NCBI GenBank assembly: GCA_025054755.1
Contig: JANWZH010000001.1
Coordinates: forward strand, 1-47,136
DNA length: 47,136 nt
Origin: Patescibacteria group bacterium
Lineage (GTDB): Bacteria; Patescibacteriota; Minisyncoccia; UBA6257; 2-01-FULL-56-20
Reading direction: 5' to 3'
Shown here in pieces: positions 37,427 to 47,136 of the stretch. Positions within the stretch are counted from its first letter, which is position 1; each line of letters opens with the position of its first letter. The notes beneath the pieces were generated by a model. It saw nothing but the letters and a program-made list of their open reading frames with translations. It was not told the origin of the DNA and did not search any database. Position numbers and translations under genes: made by a program.

Positions 37427-39070
37427 TTATTTAAAAACTCTTTTTGTTTTTAAATACCATAAATTTATATCGCTAAACATATCTTCTTCATTATTAATTA
37501 AAAGTTCTTTAATGCCATAAATATTTTTAGAAGTAATCATTAAATATTTAGGTTGATAAAGAAAAATAGCTGGATAATCATTATAAATATTTTCTAAAAT
37601 ATTATTTAAAATTTGATTTTTGTCTATATTTAATTTTTGATAAAGATTAATTAATAAATCGTCTACTTTATTATTACTATACAATGCTAAATTGAGACCA
37701 GGATAAAATATAAAAGAAGAGTGCCAAAATGGATATAAATTAAAATTAGGATAAATAGCATTCCCAAAAATAATTAATTCATAATCGCGATTCATAATAT
37801 TTTTTTCTAATAACTCATCTGGTCCGCTTTTAATAATTTCTATTTTAATACCAATTTTAGACCAACTTTCAGCTAAAATATCAGCAGTTTTTATTAAAAA
37901 CTCACTATCTGGAACATGTAATTTAAAATTTAATTGAATTAAAGTATCTTTTATCTTTTTTTCTCTAATTTTAGAATCATTTAACTTCCAACCAGACTCA
38001 TCCAATATTTTATTTGCTTCATCTAAATTAAAATTATTTTCTATTTTAAAATCATTAAACCATGGCAAAGGATTAAATGCTGGATTTGAAAAACCATTAA
38101 AAACCTTATTTACTAATTCACTACGATCCAATGAAATAAACATAGCTCTTCTAACGTTTAAATCTTTCAGTCCTAAATTTTTAGATTGATTAATAAAGAC
38201 ACCATAATAATTTAAAACCGGAAAAGAAAAAATATTAAATGGCCTTTTGAAATCTAATTTTGAAAAATCATTTAAATTAACAAAAGGAAAAACATCTATT
38301 TCTCCGTTATTAAATGCTTTAAATAAATTTTCTTGATTAGGGTAAAATTTAATATTAATTTGATTAATATATGGTTTTTGCTCTAAATAGTATTTATTTA
38401 TTTTCAAAATAATTTCCGAAATAAAACCGCTTTTGGAAATATTAATAGAATCAACTATATATTTTCCATTCGAAATCGGATGAAAATTATATTCTGATAA
38501 ATTCCAATTTAAAACAGGCAAATCAGCAAAAATATGTTTGGGAACAATATAAAAATTATTTAAAATTTCAGAAAAAAAACTATATTTTTCACCTAATTTA
38601 AATTGAACTTCTAATTCGCTTAATCTTTCAGCTTCAATATTTTTCCAAAAAGGATAAAGCAAAGAATTATCTTGAGCCTCTTTAATCTTAAATATAGTAA
38701 AAACAATATCATCGCTTGTAATTTTTTTACCATCTGACCAAAATAAATTTTCTTTTAAGCGCAATCTCCATAAGTTTGAATCATTAACTGGCTCAATTTT
38801 ATCAGCTAATTTAGATAATGGCGCAAATAATAAATTAATTAAAATATTATCTGATTGATTTTTAGCTAAAACAAAATTAATATTGGCTGGCTGGCCAATA
38901 ATTCCTAACCTAATTGCCCCTCCGCTTTTAGGAACAGAAATAGTTGATTTTTGAAAAAAAATAAAAATTAAAACAAAAGCCGAAATCAAAAAAAGAATTA
39001 AAAAAAATAAAACCAAACGCTTTTCTTTTAATGTTAAATTAAGGTATATTTTTTTAAAAAAATCAATCAT
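37427..39070 (-). CDS. ABC-type peptide/nickel substrate-binding protein (family 5)
   Basis: WSDGKKITSDDIVFT, VRRAM...LDR, PFWHSS, NLALYSN. Confidence 0.88.
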   Translation of the reverse strand: MIDFFKKIYLNLTLKEKRLVLFFLILFLISAFVLIFIFFQKSTISVPKSGGAIRLGIIGQPANINFVLAKNQSDNILINLLFAPLSKLADKIEPVNDSNLWRLRLKENLFWSDGKKITSDDIVFTIFKIKEAQDNSLLYPFWKNIEAERLSELEVQFKLGEKYSFFSEILNNFYIVPKHIFADLPVLNWNLSEYNFHPISNGKYIVDSINISKSGFISEIILKINKYYLEQKPYINQINIKFYPNQENLFKAFNNGEIDVFPFVNLNDFSKLDFKRPFNIFSFPVLNYYGVFINQSKNLGLKDLNVRRAMFISLDRSELVNKVFNGFSNPAFNPLPWFNDFKIENNFNLDEANKILDESGWKLNDSKIREKKIKDTLIQLNFKLHVPDSEFLIKTADILAESWSKIGIKIEIIKSGPDELLEKNIMNRDYELIIFGNAIYPNFNLYPFWHSSFIFYPGLNLALYSNNKVDDLLINLYQKLNIDKNQILNNILENIYNDYPAIFLYQPKYLMITSKNIYGIKELLINNEEDMFSDINLWYLKTKRVFK

Positions 39071-39080
39071 TAAAAATCGT

Positions 39081-39296
39081 TTATTTTAGTAAAAAAACAG
39101 AATATAAAGATAATCCAATAAAAACGCAAATCAAAACAATGGTGCTAATAAATATAATTTTTTCCATCCCACGTCTGGCCTGATAAAATCCGCCCTCCCC
39201 GCCAAAAATTGCTGAAAGACCAGTTGAGCGTTCTTGTAATAAAATCAATATTATAATTAATATTCCAATAATTGCTTGAATAATTTGTAAAACCAT
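39081..39296 (-). CDS. secG: Preprotein translocase subunit SecG
   Basis: ILLQERSTGLSAIFGG...RRGMEK; two TM helices. Confidence 0.92.
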   Translation of the reverse strand: MVLQIIQAIIGILIIILILLQERSTGLSAIFGGEGGFYQARRGMEKIIFISTIVLICVFIGLSLYSVFLLK

Positions 39297-39304
39297 GTTT
39301 TTAT

Positions 39305-39664
39305 TTAATTATCTTTATGTTTAGTTGCTTTATGATATATAAAATTTAAAATACTAAAAACTAATATGGAATATATCAAAGCACTAATACTTTGTATGCT
39401 AATACTTTGAAAAAAAATGTCAAGTAAATATAATATTAATCCATTAACAATTAAAATTCCTAAGCCAAATGTTAAAAAAATAATTGGAGAAAAAATTAAT
39501 TTTAAAATTGGACGAATTACAAAATTTAAAATAGTTAATACAAAACTCAAAAAAAGAACATCTAAAAAATTAGAGCTTAAAACAAATCCTGATATGAATT
39601 GTTTAGCCATTAACAAACCAAAAAAATTAATAATAATTGCTAATATAAATTTAATTAACCACAT
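39305..39664 (-). CDS. 4-TM phage holin family IV-like (YvlD-type) membrane protein
   Basis: LNFVIRPILKLIFSPIIFLTFGL..LIVN motif. Confidence 0.8.
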   Translation of the reverse strand: MWLIKFILAIIINFFGLLMAKQFISGFVLSSNFLDVLFLSFVLTILNFVIRPILKLIFSPIIFLTFGLGILIVNGLILYLLDIFFQSISIQSISALIYSILVFSILNFIYHKATKHKDN

Positions 39665-39683
39665 ATAATTTAATTTTATTATT

Positions 39684-41210
39684 TTAAAATAAATCTTTCA
39701 ATAAACTTTTTCCTGTCATTTCTTCTGGTTTAGGAATATTCATCAATTCTAAAATCGTAGGCGCAACATCAGATAATAAGCCTAAAGTTTCATTATAAAA
39801 ATTATCAAAATTTGGAAATTTTTTCCCTTTAAATTCATTGCCTATTAAATATAATGGGACAGGATTTTTAGTATGCTCTGTATTTAGCTCACCGGTCATT
39901 AAATTTATAATCTGCTCAATCTTACCATGATCTGATGTAATAATTAAAATAACATCATTATCTAAAGCACTTTTAACTAATCTACCAATTTCCTGATCTA
40001 TAATTTTAATTGCTTTTACTGCTAAATCAAAATCAGCTAAATGACCTAAAATGTCTAAATTAGCATAATTAGCTAGTATAAAATCAAAAGATTTATTATT
40101 TATTGCTTCAATTAAACGATCAGTAATTTGTCTGCTTGCCATTTCGGGATGATTTACCAAATCAGCATTTAGCCCCGAAGGGATAGAAACTCTAAATTCA
40201 TTTTCATAAACATCTTTATTTAAACCATTAAAATAAAAAGTAATTAAAGAATATTTTAAACTTTCACTAATTTTAAATTGGGATTTATTATTTTCCGATA
40301 AAATTAAAGAAAGCGGCTTATTTATAATTTGTGGCTCAAAAATATATGGCAAATTAAAATTTTTATCATATTGCACCATGGTTAATATAAAAAGATTATT
40401 AAATTTTTTAATATTAAATTTATCAAAATTATAATTAAAAAATGGCTCAACTATGCTTTTAACATTATCTTCTTTAAAATTAAAAAATATTACAGCATCA
40501 TTTTCTTGGATAGCTTTATTTTTATTAATTAAAATTGGTGGCAAAATATTGTCATTTAATCCTTTTTCATAATGATTTTTAATAATCTCCTCAAAATTAG
40601 AAACTTCATTTATATCGCCAATTAAACAATCGTATGCTCTTTTAACTAAATTAAAATTATTTTTATGATCTAAGGCATAATATCGGCCAATAACTGAGCC
40701 AAGTTTTTCTTTAGAAAAATTTTTTAATAAATTTAAAAAAGAATTTTTTGGACTATCTATTCCATCAGCAAAAAAATGAAATGCATAATTAATTTTTTTA
40801 TCTTCCATGATTTCAACTAAAGCTTGAATGTGTTCTAAGGCTGATTCTGAAATTCCTTTACTCAAAAGTCCAACCAAATTAACTTTAGAGTTATTTTTAC
40901 GAACAAAATCAAGAGCTTGATTTAAATTTTTATTCTTAAAAAAAGAGCCGTCTTTAATTGCCATTGTAATTAATGGATAATTTTGATAAAAAATTTTACC
41001 AGCTCCCATAGTTAAATGACCAGCCTCACAATTTCCTTCTTCTCCCCATGGCAAACCAACCGTAATTCCAGAAGCAGATAAACTAGTTACCGGAAATTGT
41101 TTTTCTAATTCTAATAAATTTTGAGGCGAGGCAGCATAAACTGGATTAGTTTCTCGCTGCAACCCTAATCCTAAACCATCTAAAACTATTAAAGCAACGC
41201 TTTTATTCAT
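39684..41210 (-). CDS. gpmI: 2,3-BPG-independent phosphoglycerate mutase homologue with a degenerate active site
   Basis: LDGLG, VGLP..E.GNCEAGH, GRYYA, NLDILGH, SDHG, DVAPTIL; catalytic Ser and several substrate-binding Arg residues replaced. Confidence 0.8.
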   Translation of the reverse strand: MNKSVALIVLDGLGLGLQRETNPVYAASPQNLLELEKQFPVTSLSASGITVGLPWGEEGNCEAGHLTMGAGKIFYQNYPLITMAIKDGSFFKNKNLNQALDFVRKNNSKVNLVGLLSKGISESALEHIQALVEIMEDKKINYAFHFFADGIDSPKNSFLNLLKNFSKEKLGSVIGRYYALDHKNNFNLVKRAYDCLIGDINEVSNFEEIIKNHYEKGLNDNILPPILINKNKAIQENDAVIFFNFKEDNVKSIVEPFFNYNFDKFNIKKFNNLFILTMVQYDKNFNLPYIFEPQIINKPLSLILSENNKSQFKISESLKYSLITFYFNGLNKDVYENEFRVSIPSGLNADLVNHPEMASRQITDRLIEAINNKSFDFILANYANLDILGHLADFDLAVKAIKIIDQEIGRLVKSALDNDVILIITSDHGKIEQIINLMTGELNTEHTKNPVPLYLIGNEFKGKKFPNFDNFYNETLGLLSDVAPTILELMNIPKPEEMTGKSLLKDLF

Positions 41211-41251
41211 AACTAAATTATAATTAAAAAAAAATTATTATAAAGTTTTAA

Positions 41252-41737
41252 TTATTGCCAATTAACAGTTCCGGGCAAGTTAGAAGGACATTCAATTTCT
41301 GACCAATTATATTTTCCATCACTAATTTTAGGACCCAACAAAACAAAAAATGTATTTACTATAACAAAGGCTAGTAAAATAATTGCTACGCCCCAAGCTG
41401 TATTTTTAAGCATGTTTTTCCCCTCCTCTATTTTTTTCTGATTCCCTCTTGAAAGAATAATTAAAAAAGATCCTATTAAAAAAATTAGTGGAGCAAAAAT
41501 AAATAAAGCAAAAGTTATTCCTAAATAAATAGCACGCTGTGCTGTGGAAATCAAATCACACAAACTAGAACAAGGGTCTGAATATTTTCCAGCAATTGAA
41601 TTTTCTATTCTTTGAGTATTGCAAGACATAATTGGGCCCCAAAAAGGAATAGAAATTTTTTCAGCCAAAACTGATCTCGTAAAAATAAAAGTTAAAAACA
41701 AACTAAATAAACTTATAATTAATATTTTTTTAAACAT
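41252..41737 (-). CDS. TrbC/VirB2-like pilin (CPR type)
   Basis: Signal peptide, Cys pairs, two TM helices joined by SRGNQKKIEEGK..L...AWG..IIL.A..IVN. Confidence 0.72.
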   Translation of the reverse strand: MFKKILIISLFSLFLTFIFTRSVLAEKISIPFWGPIMSCNTQRIENSIAGKYSDPCSSLCDLISTAQRAIYLGITFALFIFAPLIFLIGSFLIILSRGNQKKIEEGKNMLKNTAWGVAIILLAFVIVNTFFVLLGPKISDGKYNWSEIECPSNLPGTVNWQ

Positions 41738-41738
41738 T

Positions 41739-43019
41739 TTAATAATTTTTAATTAATTGATTAGACTGTTCTTCGATTAATCTTAATCCATCACTAACAT
41801 TAATTTTGTTATTTAAAATATCTTCAATTATATTATTCAATATTTTATTAAAATTTTCTATATTAGGTTCTTGCCAAGAACGACTAATTAAAGCTTGCGA
41901 AGCAAAAACTCCCAAATTTAAATCTGAAATATATTTTGCAATTTGAGATTTAGTAGCTGGTGGTTTTTTAGAATTTGTTAAATATTTTTGATTCAAAGCA
42001 TCATAAGTCGTAGAATAAATTATAAAATCCCATGCCCAAGTTGGGTTTTTACTTTGATTTGAAACTGTTAACGCCCAATAATCTGCATAAGCATAATTAA
42101 TTGAAGCGTTTTTAAATTGTGGAACTGGAGCAATTTTAAAATTTAAATAAGGATTTCTTTTTAAAATTTCATCTATATCTTTTTGATAAGCAAAAATCAT
42201 TGCAACCTTGCCAGAAGCAAAAGCATTAATTGAATTATCAAAATTCCTAGGCCAAGTATAATTTGATGTTTTAGAATCAGAAAAACTTAAATAAAAATTT
42301 AAAATCTGTTCACTAATTGAATTTTTATCTTTTAAGCCTAAATCAAATTTTGAAACATTAAAAATTGGGATACCAGCTTGTTTCATTAAAAGCTTTAAAA
42401 TATCATTAGCATAAACAACATTTTTTTGACTTGCTCCTAAAGCTGCTCCAGCCTGAGCAATTGAATTATTTAAATCAAAAATCGTAAGTTTTTTAGCATA
42501 CTCTACAAATTCATCCCAAGTTTTTGGAGGATAAATTAATTGAGCTTTATTAAAATAATCTTGATTATAAAATAAAACTAATGAGTCAATATATAATGGC
42601 AAAGCGTAAATTTTACCATTATAAACAAAATCATCTTCTACTACTTGTGGGAAAATAGATTTAAATTGAGATAAATTAAATTGATTATCTAAAACTGGAT
42701 ATATTTTTGAAATATCTTGCAATAATGATTTACTTTTAATCATAAAAATGTCTGGTCCATAACCACTAGCTAAAGCATCAATTAATTTTTGACGATAATC
42801 ATTTGAATTAATTTGTTCATAATTAATTTTAACATTAGGTCTTAATTGTTTATATGTTTTAAACAATTCATCAAAATTTTTTTCAGGCTCAACTCCCCAA
42901 ATAGTTAATTCAATTTGAGGCAATGGAGCTGGTCGTCTGCCAAAATAAAATATTAAACCAAAAATAACAATTATTAAAAATAAACCTATAATAATAATTT
43001 GATTTCTTGAAAAATTCAT
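41739..43019 (-). CDS. Extracellular solute-binding protein (family 1, sugar-type)
   Basis: LTIWG, GPDIF, IYALPLYIDSLVLFYN, PPKTWDE, FASGKVAM. Confidence 0.88.
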   Translation of the reverse strand: MNFSRNQIIIIGLFLIIVIFGLIFYFGRRPAPLPQIELTIWGVEPEKNFDELFKTYKQLRPNVKINYEQINSNDYRQKLIDALASGYGPDIFMIKSKSLLQDISKIYPVLDNQFNLSQFKSIFPQVVEDDFVYNGKIYALPLYIDSLVLFYNQDYFNKAQLIYPPKTWDEFVEYAKKLTIFDLNNSIAQAGAALGASQKNVVYANDILKLLMKQAGIPIFNVSKFDLGLKDKNSISEQILNFYLSFSDSKTSNYTWPRNFDNSINAFASGKVAMIFAYQKDIDEILKRNPYLNFKIAPVPQFKNASINYAYADYWALTVSNQSKNPTWAWDFIIYSTTYDALNQKYLTNSKKPPATKSQIAKYISDLNLGVFASQALISRSWQEPNIENFNKILNNIIEDILNNKINVSDGLRLIEEQSNQLIKNY

Positions 43020-43026
43020 ATTTATT

Positions 43027-45444
43027 TTATATTACCACAACGCCAGCTAATTTGTCACCAGATCTCAATTTAATAATTCTAACGCCCTGAGTTTGTCTTT
43101 GAGCTAAACGAATATCTTTTAAGGAAACTTTAATAATTTGACCTTTTTGAGAAATAGCCAAAAGTTCTTCTTGGTCAGAAATAATATGCGCAGACACTAA
43201 TATACCAGTTTTAGAAGTTATTTTAGCTGTTTTAATTCCTGATCCTCCTCTATTTTGAATTTTATATTCCTTTAAGCTAGTTTGCTTAGCAAAACCATTA
43301 CTTGAAACTACTAATAATTTTGCATCTTTTTGTTTTATAATATCAAAACCAGCAACGGCATCATTCTTTTTTAATGTAATTGCTTTAATGCCACTAGCTT
43401 GTCTTGACATTGGCCTAATTTGAGCTTCCCTAAAACGAATTGATTGGCCTTGTTCTGTCACTAAAATTAATTCATCTTTTCCAGTTGAAAGCCCAACCCA
43501 TTTTAATTCATCATTATTTTTTAAAGAAATAGCAATAATTCCTGTTCTTCTAATATTAGAAAAATCAGATAAAGCTGTTTTTTTAATTATTCCATTTTTT
43601 GTGACCATAATTAAATAATGCGAATTTAAATCAATATTTTTATCGTAAGCAATTAAAGCAGATATTTTTTCTTGTGAGTTAAGCTCTAAAAAGTTTTGTA
43701 TAGCTTTTCCTTTAGAAATTCTACTGCCCTCAGGAATTTCATAAACTTTAGTTTGGAACACTCTTCCTCTATCGGTAAAAAATAAAATATTATCATGAGT
43801 ATTAGCATTAATAATATGAGTTAAAAAATCTTCTTCTGAAATATCAGAGGCCATAACACCTTTCCCGCCTCTTTTTTGCCCACGAAAAACTGTTGGTAAA
43901 ATTCTTTTAATATAACCACTATAAGATAAAGTAATAACATTTTGTTCTTCCGGAATTAAATCTTCTTCATTAAATTCTCCTAAAGGATGAGGTATAACTT
44001 TAGTACGTCGCTCATCCCCATATTTATTTTTTAATTCCAAAAGTTCTGTTTTTATAATTTCTAAAATTTTTTTAGGATTTTTCAAAATTAATTCTAGTTC
44101 TTTAATTAATTCTCTCTTTTCTTTAAGTTCATCTTCTATTTTTTGTCTTTCCAAGGCCGCTAAAGTTTGCAATCTCATTTCTAAAATTGCATCAGCTTGA
44201 ATTGGGGTTAATTTAAAAATTTTAACTAAATTTTGATGAGCATCTGCTCTATCGCGAGACTTTTTAATAGTAGCTATAATTTTATCAATAACCGATAAGG
44301 CCTTATGCAAACCTTCTAAAATGTGCACTCTTTCTTTTGCTTTTCTTAAATCAAATTCTGTTCTTCTCTTAATAACCTCTTTACGATGTTCTAAATAAGC
44401 AACTAAAATATCTTTTAAAGAAAATGTTTGAGGTTCAATTCCGCCAGCTAAAGCAATCATATTTAAATTAAAGTTTTTTTGAAGATCAGTGTGCTTATAT
44501 AATTGATTTAAAACTTTTTGCGGAACAGCATCTGATTTAAGTTCTATGACAATTCGCAAACCCTCTCTATCTGATTCGTCTCTTAAGTCTCTAATTCCTT
44601 CAATTTTTTTATTTTGAACCAATTCAGCAATAGTCTTAATTAATTCGGCTTTATTAACTTGATAAGGAATTTCAGTAACTACAATATTAAATTGATTATT
44701 TTTTCTTTCTTCAATATCAGTTTTAGCACGACAAACAATTGCTCCTTTGCCGGTTTTATAACTTTCAATAATAGCTTTTTTGTCAAAAATTATTCCTCCT
44801 GTTGGAAAATCAGGGCCTAAAATAAATTTAGATAAATCTTCAATATTAGCATCAGGATTCTCAATTAAATAAATAATAGCGTCAACAATCTCTTTTAAAT
44901 TATGCGGTGGAATAGAAGTTGCCATTCCAACTGCAATGCCCATTGCACCATTTAAAATTAAATTTGGCAATTTAGCTGGTAAAACCTTTGGCTCATTTCT
45001 TGTGCCATCATAATTTGACATCCAATCAACTGTTTCTTTTTCTATATCAATCATCATTTCTTCGGCAATTTTAGAAAGTCGTGCCTCAGTATAACGATAA
45101 GCTGCAGCTGAATCACCATCAATTGATCCAAAATTTCCCTGTCCTTCAATTAATGGATAACGCAAAGAAAAATCCTGAGCCATTCTAACCAAAGCCTCAT
45201 ATACTGCTGCATCACCATGTGGATGATAACGTGCTAAAACCTGACCAATAACATTAGCTGACTTTCTAAATTTAGCTTGATGAGTTAATCCAGAATCCCA
45301 CATATCCCATAAAATTCGACGATGAACCGGTTTTAAACCATCTCTGACATCTGGCAGTGCCCGCGATATTATAACCGACATTGCGTAATCTAAATATGAT
45401 TCTTCAAGTTCTTGTTTAATTTCTCTTTTTTGAATTTCTGACAT
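43027..45444 (-). CDS. gyrA: DNA gyrase subunit A
   Basis: [30 protein letters not shown], GyrA box QKRGGKG, beta-pinwheel repeats. Confidence 0.98.
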   Translation of the reverse strand: MSEIQKREIKQELEESYLDYAMSVIISRALPDVRDGLKPVHRRILWDMWDSGLTHQAKFRKSANVIGQVLARYHPHGDAAVYEALVRMAQDFSLRYPLIEGQGNFGSIDGDSAAAYRYTEARLSKIAEEMMIDIEKETVDWMSNYDGTRNEPKVLPAKLPNLILNGAMGIAVGMATSIPPHNLKEIVDAIIYLIENPDANIEDLSKFILGPDFPTGGIIFDKKAIIESYKTGKGAIVCRAKTDIEERKNNQFNIVVTEIPYQVNKAELIKTIAELVQNKKIEGIRDLRDESDREGLRIVIELKSDAVPQKVLNQLYKHTDLQKNFNLNMIALAGGIEPQTFSLKDILVAYLEHRKEVIKRRTEFDLRKAKERVHILEGLHKALSVIDKIIATIKKSRDRADAHQNLVKIFKLTPIQADAILEMRLQTLAALERQKIEDELKEKRELIKELELILKNPKKILEIIKTELLELKNKYGDERRTKVIPHPLGEFNEEDLIPEEQNVITLSYSGYIKRILPTVFRGQKRGGKGVMASDISEEDFLTHIINANTHDNILFFTDRGRVFQTKVYEIPEGSRISKGKAIQNFLELNSQEKISALIAYDKNIDLNSHYLIMVTKNGIIKKTALSDFSNIRRTGIIAISLKNNDELKWVGLSTGKDELILVTEQGQSIRFREAQIRPMSRQASGIKAITLKKNDAVAGFDIIKQKDAKLLVVSSNGFAKQTSLKEYKIQNRGGSGIKTAKITSKTGILVSAHIISDQEELLAISQKGQIIKVSLKDIRLAQRQTQGVRIIKLRSGDKLAGVVVI

Positions 45445-45446
45445 GT

Positions 45447-45749
45447 TTATTTTGATATATTATATTCTTTTGGCGAACTAAAAATATTTTTTAAATAATT
45501 ATTTATATTTTCACCAATTTGTCCAATAAATGCTCCTCCAATTTTTATTTTATCTTTTAATTCTAAATTATCTTTTTGTTCTAAATTATTATTTACTAAA
45601 TTCATAGTCATAAAATTAAAATATGCTCCCCAAATATATAAAACAATTAAAAAAGCAATTGCGCTTAATATAAATAATAATCGATTTTTTGTTTTATAAT
45701 CTAATGATCTTATTTTTTCTAAAAAACTTTCTTTATTTTGCTCATTCAT
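45447..45749 (-). CDS. Small single-pass membrane protein
   Basis: 100-aa ORF coupled to gyrA. Confidence 0.7.
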   Translation of the reverse strand: MNEQNKESFLEKIRSLDYKTKNRLLFILSAIAFLIVLYIWGAYFNFMTMNLVNNNLEQKDNLELKDKIKIGGAFIGQIGENINNYLKNIFSSPKEYNISK

Positions 45750-45753
45750 ATTT

Positions 45754-46323
45754 TTATAATGATTTTAAAAATACAACTTCTTTATTTTTATTTAAAATAT
45801 CTTTTTTCTTAAAAACAAATTTTTCTTCTTGTTGTGGTTTTTGACTTAAATTTTTAAAAAATTCTTTTGAACCATCATCAATAAAAGAAGGAATAATAAT
45901 TTTAGGCTCTAATGTTTTAATTAGTTTTACTGCATCTTCTACTTTTATAAAAGGCTTTCCACTAGAAGGAATAAATAAAATATCTGGCTCTTCAATATCA
46001 TCTAAAAAATCTCCATCCGGCATTTCAGCTAATGGTCCTAAAAAAACAAATTTAATATCTTCCCAAATTATCTTAAAAACAGTTTTAATAAATTTTTCAG
46101 TTGATTCTTTTTCTAATTGAAAACCATAAATCTCAATATCTTGAATATCATATTCGCCGGCAAAAACAATTTCATTATTTAAAAGTGGCAATGGCAAATT
46201 AGTTGGAATAATTGTTTTTAAAATAATATCTCCTTTTAATCTATTGTTTATGGGATCGATTAAAATACTTTTTTCTCCAGATTGCAGCCTAAAACAATTT
46301 TGCCCAAAATAATTAACAATCAT
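45754..46323 (-). CDS. Metallo-beta-lactamase-fold protein lacking metal ligands
   Basis: YFGQNCFRL, ILIDP, GEYDI, DILFIP, LEPKIIIP; no His residues. Confidence 0.75.
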   Translation of the reverse strand: MIVNYFGQNCFRLQSGEKSILIDPINNRLKGDIILKTIIPTNLPLPLLNNEIVFAGEYDIQDIEIYGFQLEKESTEKFIKTVFKIIWEDIKFVFLGPLAEMPDGDFLDDIEEPDILFIPSSGKPFIKVEDAVKLIKTLEPKIIIPSFIDDGSKEFFKNLSQKPQQEEKFVFKKKDILNKNKEVVFLKSL

Positions 46324-46422
46324 AAATTAAATCTTATCAAAAAATAAGATAAATTTCCAGTTTTTATATTATTTTATTTAATTAAACAATAAATTTATAA
46401 ATTTTATTATATATGCTAATTT

Positions 46423-47136
46423 TTATTTTGTTGATTCATAAATTGCACGAATTTCTTTATAATTTAATGCCCTATTATAAACATAAAATTCATCTGCTAA
46501 ACCAACAAGCTTTCTTTGATCGCAATATGCATCACTTCCTAAAATCTCAAAAGGTTGATTAGATGAAATAATAGAAGCAGGAATTATACCACTTAAATTA
46601 GAATTATTAATTAGTCCATCAATAAATAAATCTAAAACAGAATTATTTCCATCATAAACTCCAGCTACAAAATGCCATTAATTATCATTAACACTTATAT
46701 TAGAAACTCTTACAGCATCATAGCTCCCAGCGCCTCCATCTTTATCTAACATTAATCTTAATTTGCCATCATTTGGTTCGCCTACTGTGAGCATATGATT
46801 CCATTGCATACCATTCCATCTTCCTAAAATTTTCCCACCATTATCAGAAGTTTTAATCCAGGCAATTAAAGAAAATTCTTTTGTAAAACTCATTCCAGCA
46901 GGATTATTTTTTCTAGCACAATTATTAATTCCTGATAAATTAAGACAAAAACCTTTTTTACAATCAATGTTGGTAAATAAATCAACAGGAGTTGTTGATG
47001 AATAAACAGTTAAATGATTATCATAACCAGATCTATCATAAGCAATAGTTCCCGAACCTTCATCAAAAGACCAATAACCTACTAGACCACCAACAAATGG
47101 AGCTAGATTAAGATCTGTCCCTAATTCATATATTGA
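46423..47136 (-). pseudogene. 3' part of a LamG/concanavalin-like domain surface protein with an internal stop (5' end outside the window)
   Basis: One frame from 47136: YELGTDLNLAP..GLVGYWSFDEGSG...VNDN*WHFVAGVYDG...DEFYVYNRAL...IYESTK*; TAA at 46678-46680. Confidence 0.82.

Noticed and set aside
39305..39664. Holin-like gene as evidence of a prophage
   Set aside because: This family is commonly chromosomal, and there are no phage genes or integrase nearby.
18270..39668. Short ORFs 18270-18482, 28938-29120, 30464-30781, 32440-32667, 34386-34598, 39417-39668
   Set aside because: They lie opposite well-supported genes and mostly use non-ATG starts.
46678..46680. Stop-codon reassignment or code 25
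   Set aside because: TAA terminates nearly every gene in the window and no in-frame TGA interrupts conserved genes, so this is a single lesion.
30982..47136. Diversity-generating retroelement (Avd-like bundle, LamG target)
   Set aside because: No reverse transcriptase and no template/variable repeat pair are seen in the window.

Overview
This is a very AT-rich chromosomal window from a genome-reduced bacterium, most consistent with Patescibacteria/CPR (Parcubacteria-like). Supporting signs are no rpmD in the spc operon, rpsO-NYN-pnp order, a short ValRS, a VirB2-like pilin, a LamG adhesin, no obvious Shine-Dalgarno motifs, and standard code 11. Housekeeping content: the rplC-to-secY cluster (without rpsJ or rpmD), rpsO, pnp, argS, smpB, tRNA-Ile(UAU), mnmA, tsaD, valS, tmRNA, znuBC, gpsA, dut, secG and gyrA, plus several surface proteins. 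Highlights read directly from the sequence: (1) two tandem, unannotated promoter-RNA-terminator units between argS and smpB, each folding into a D-armless tRNA-like three-way junction, one ending in ACCA; (2) a helix-bundle/winged-helix gene that carries an array of TGCCGA/TCGGCA DNA motifs in both orientations, next to a perfect DnaA box; (3) a decaying dTTP operon, with dcd frameshifted by a 5-bp duplication and thyA plus DHFR reduced to a deletion scar; (4) a structured ~180-nt leader with two AGGUCG motifs on the probable S-layer gene; (5) a GpmI homologue with catalytic Ser replaced by Cys; (6) widespread leaderless-type promoters. All family assignments come from motif recognition, not database searches.
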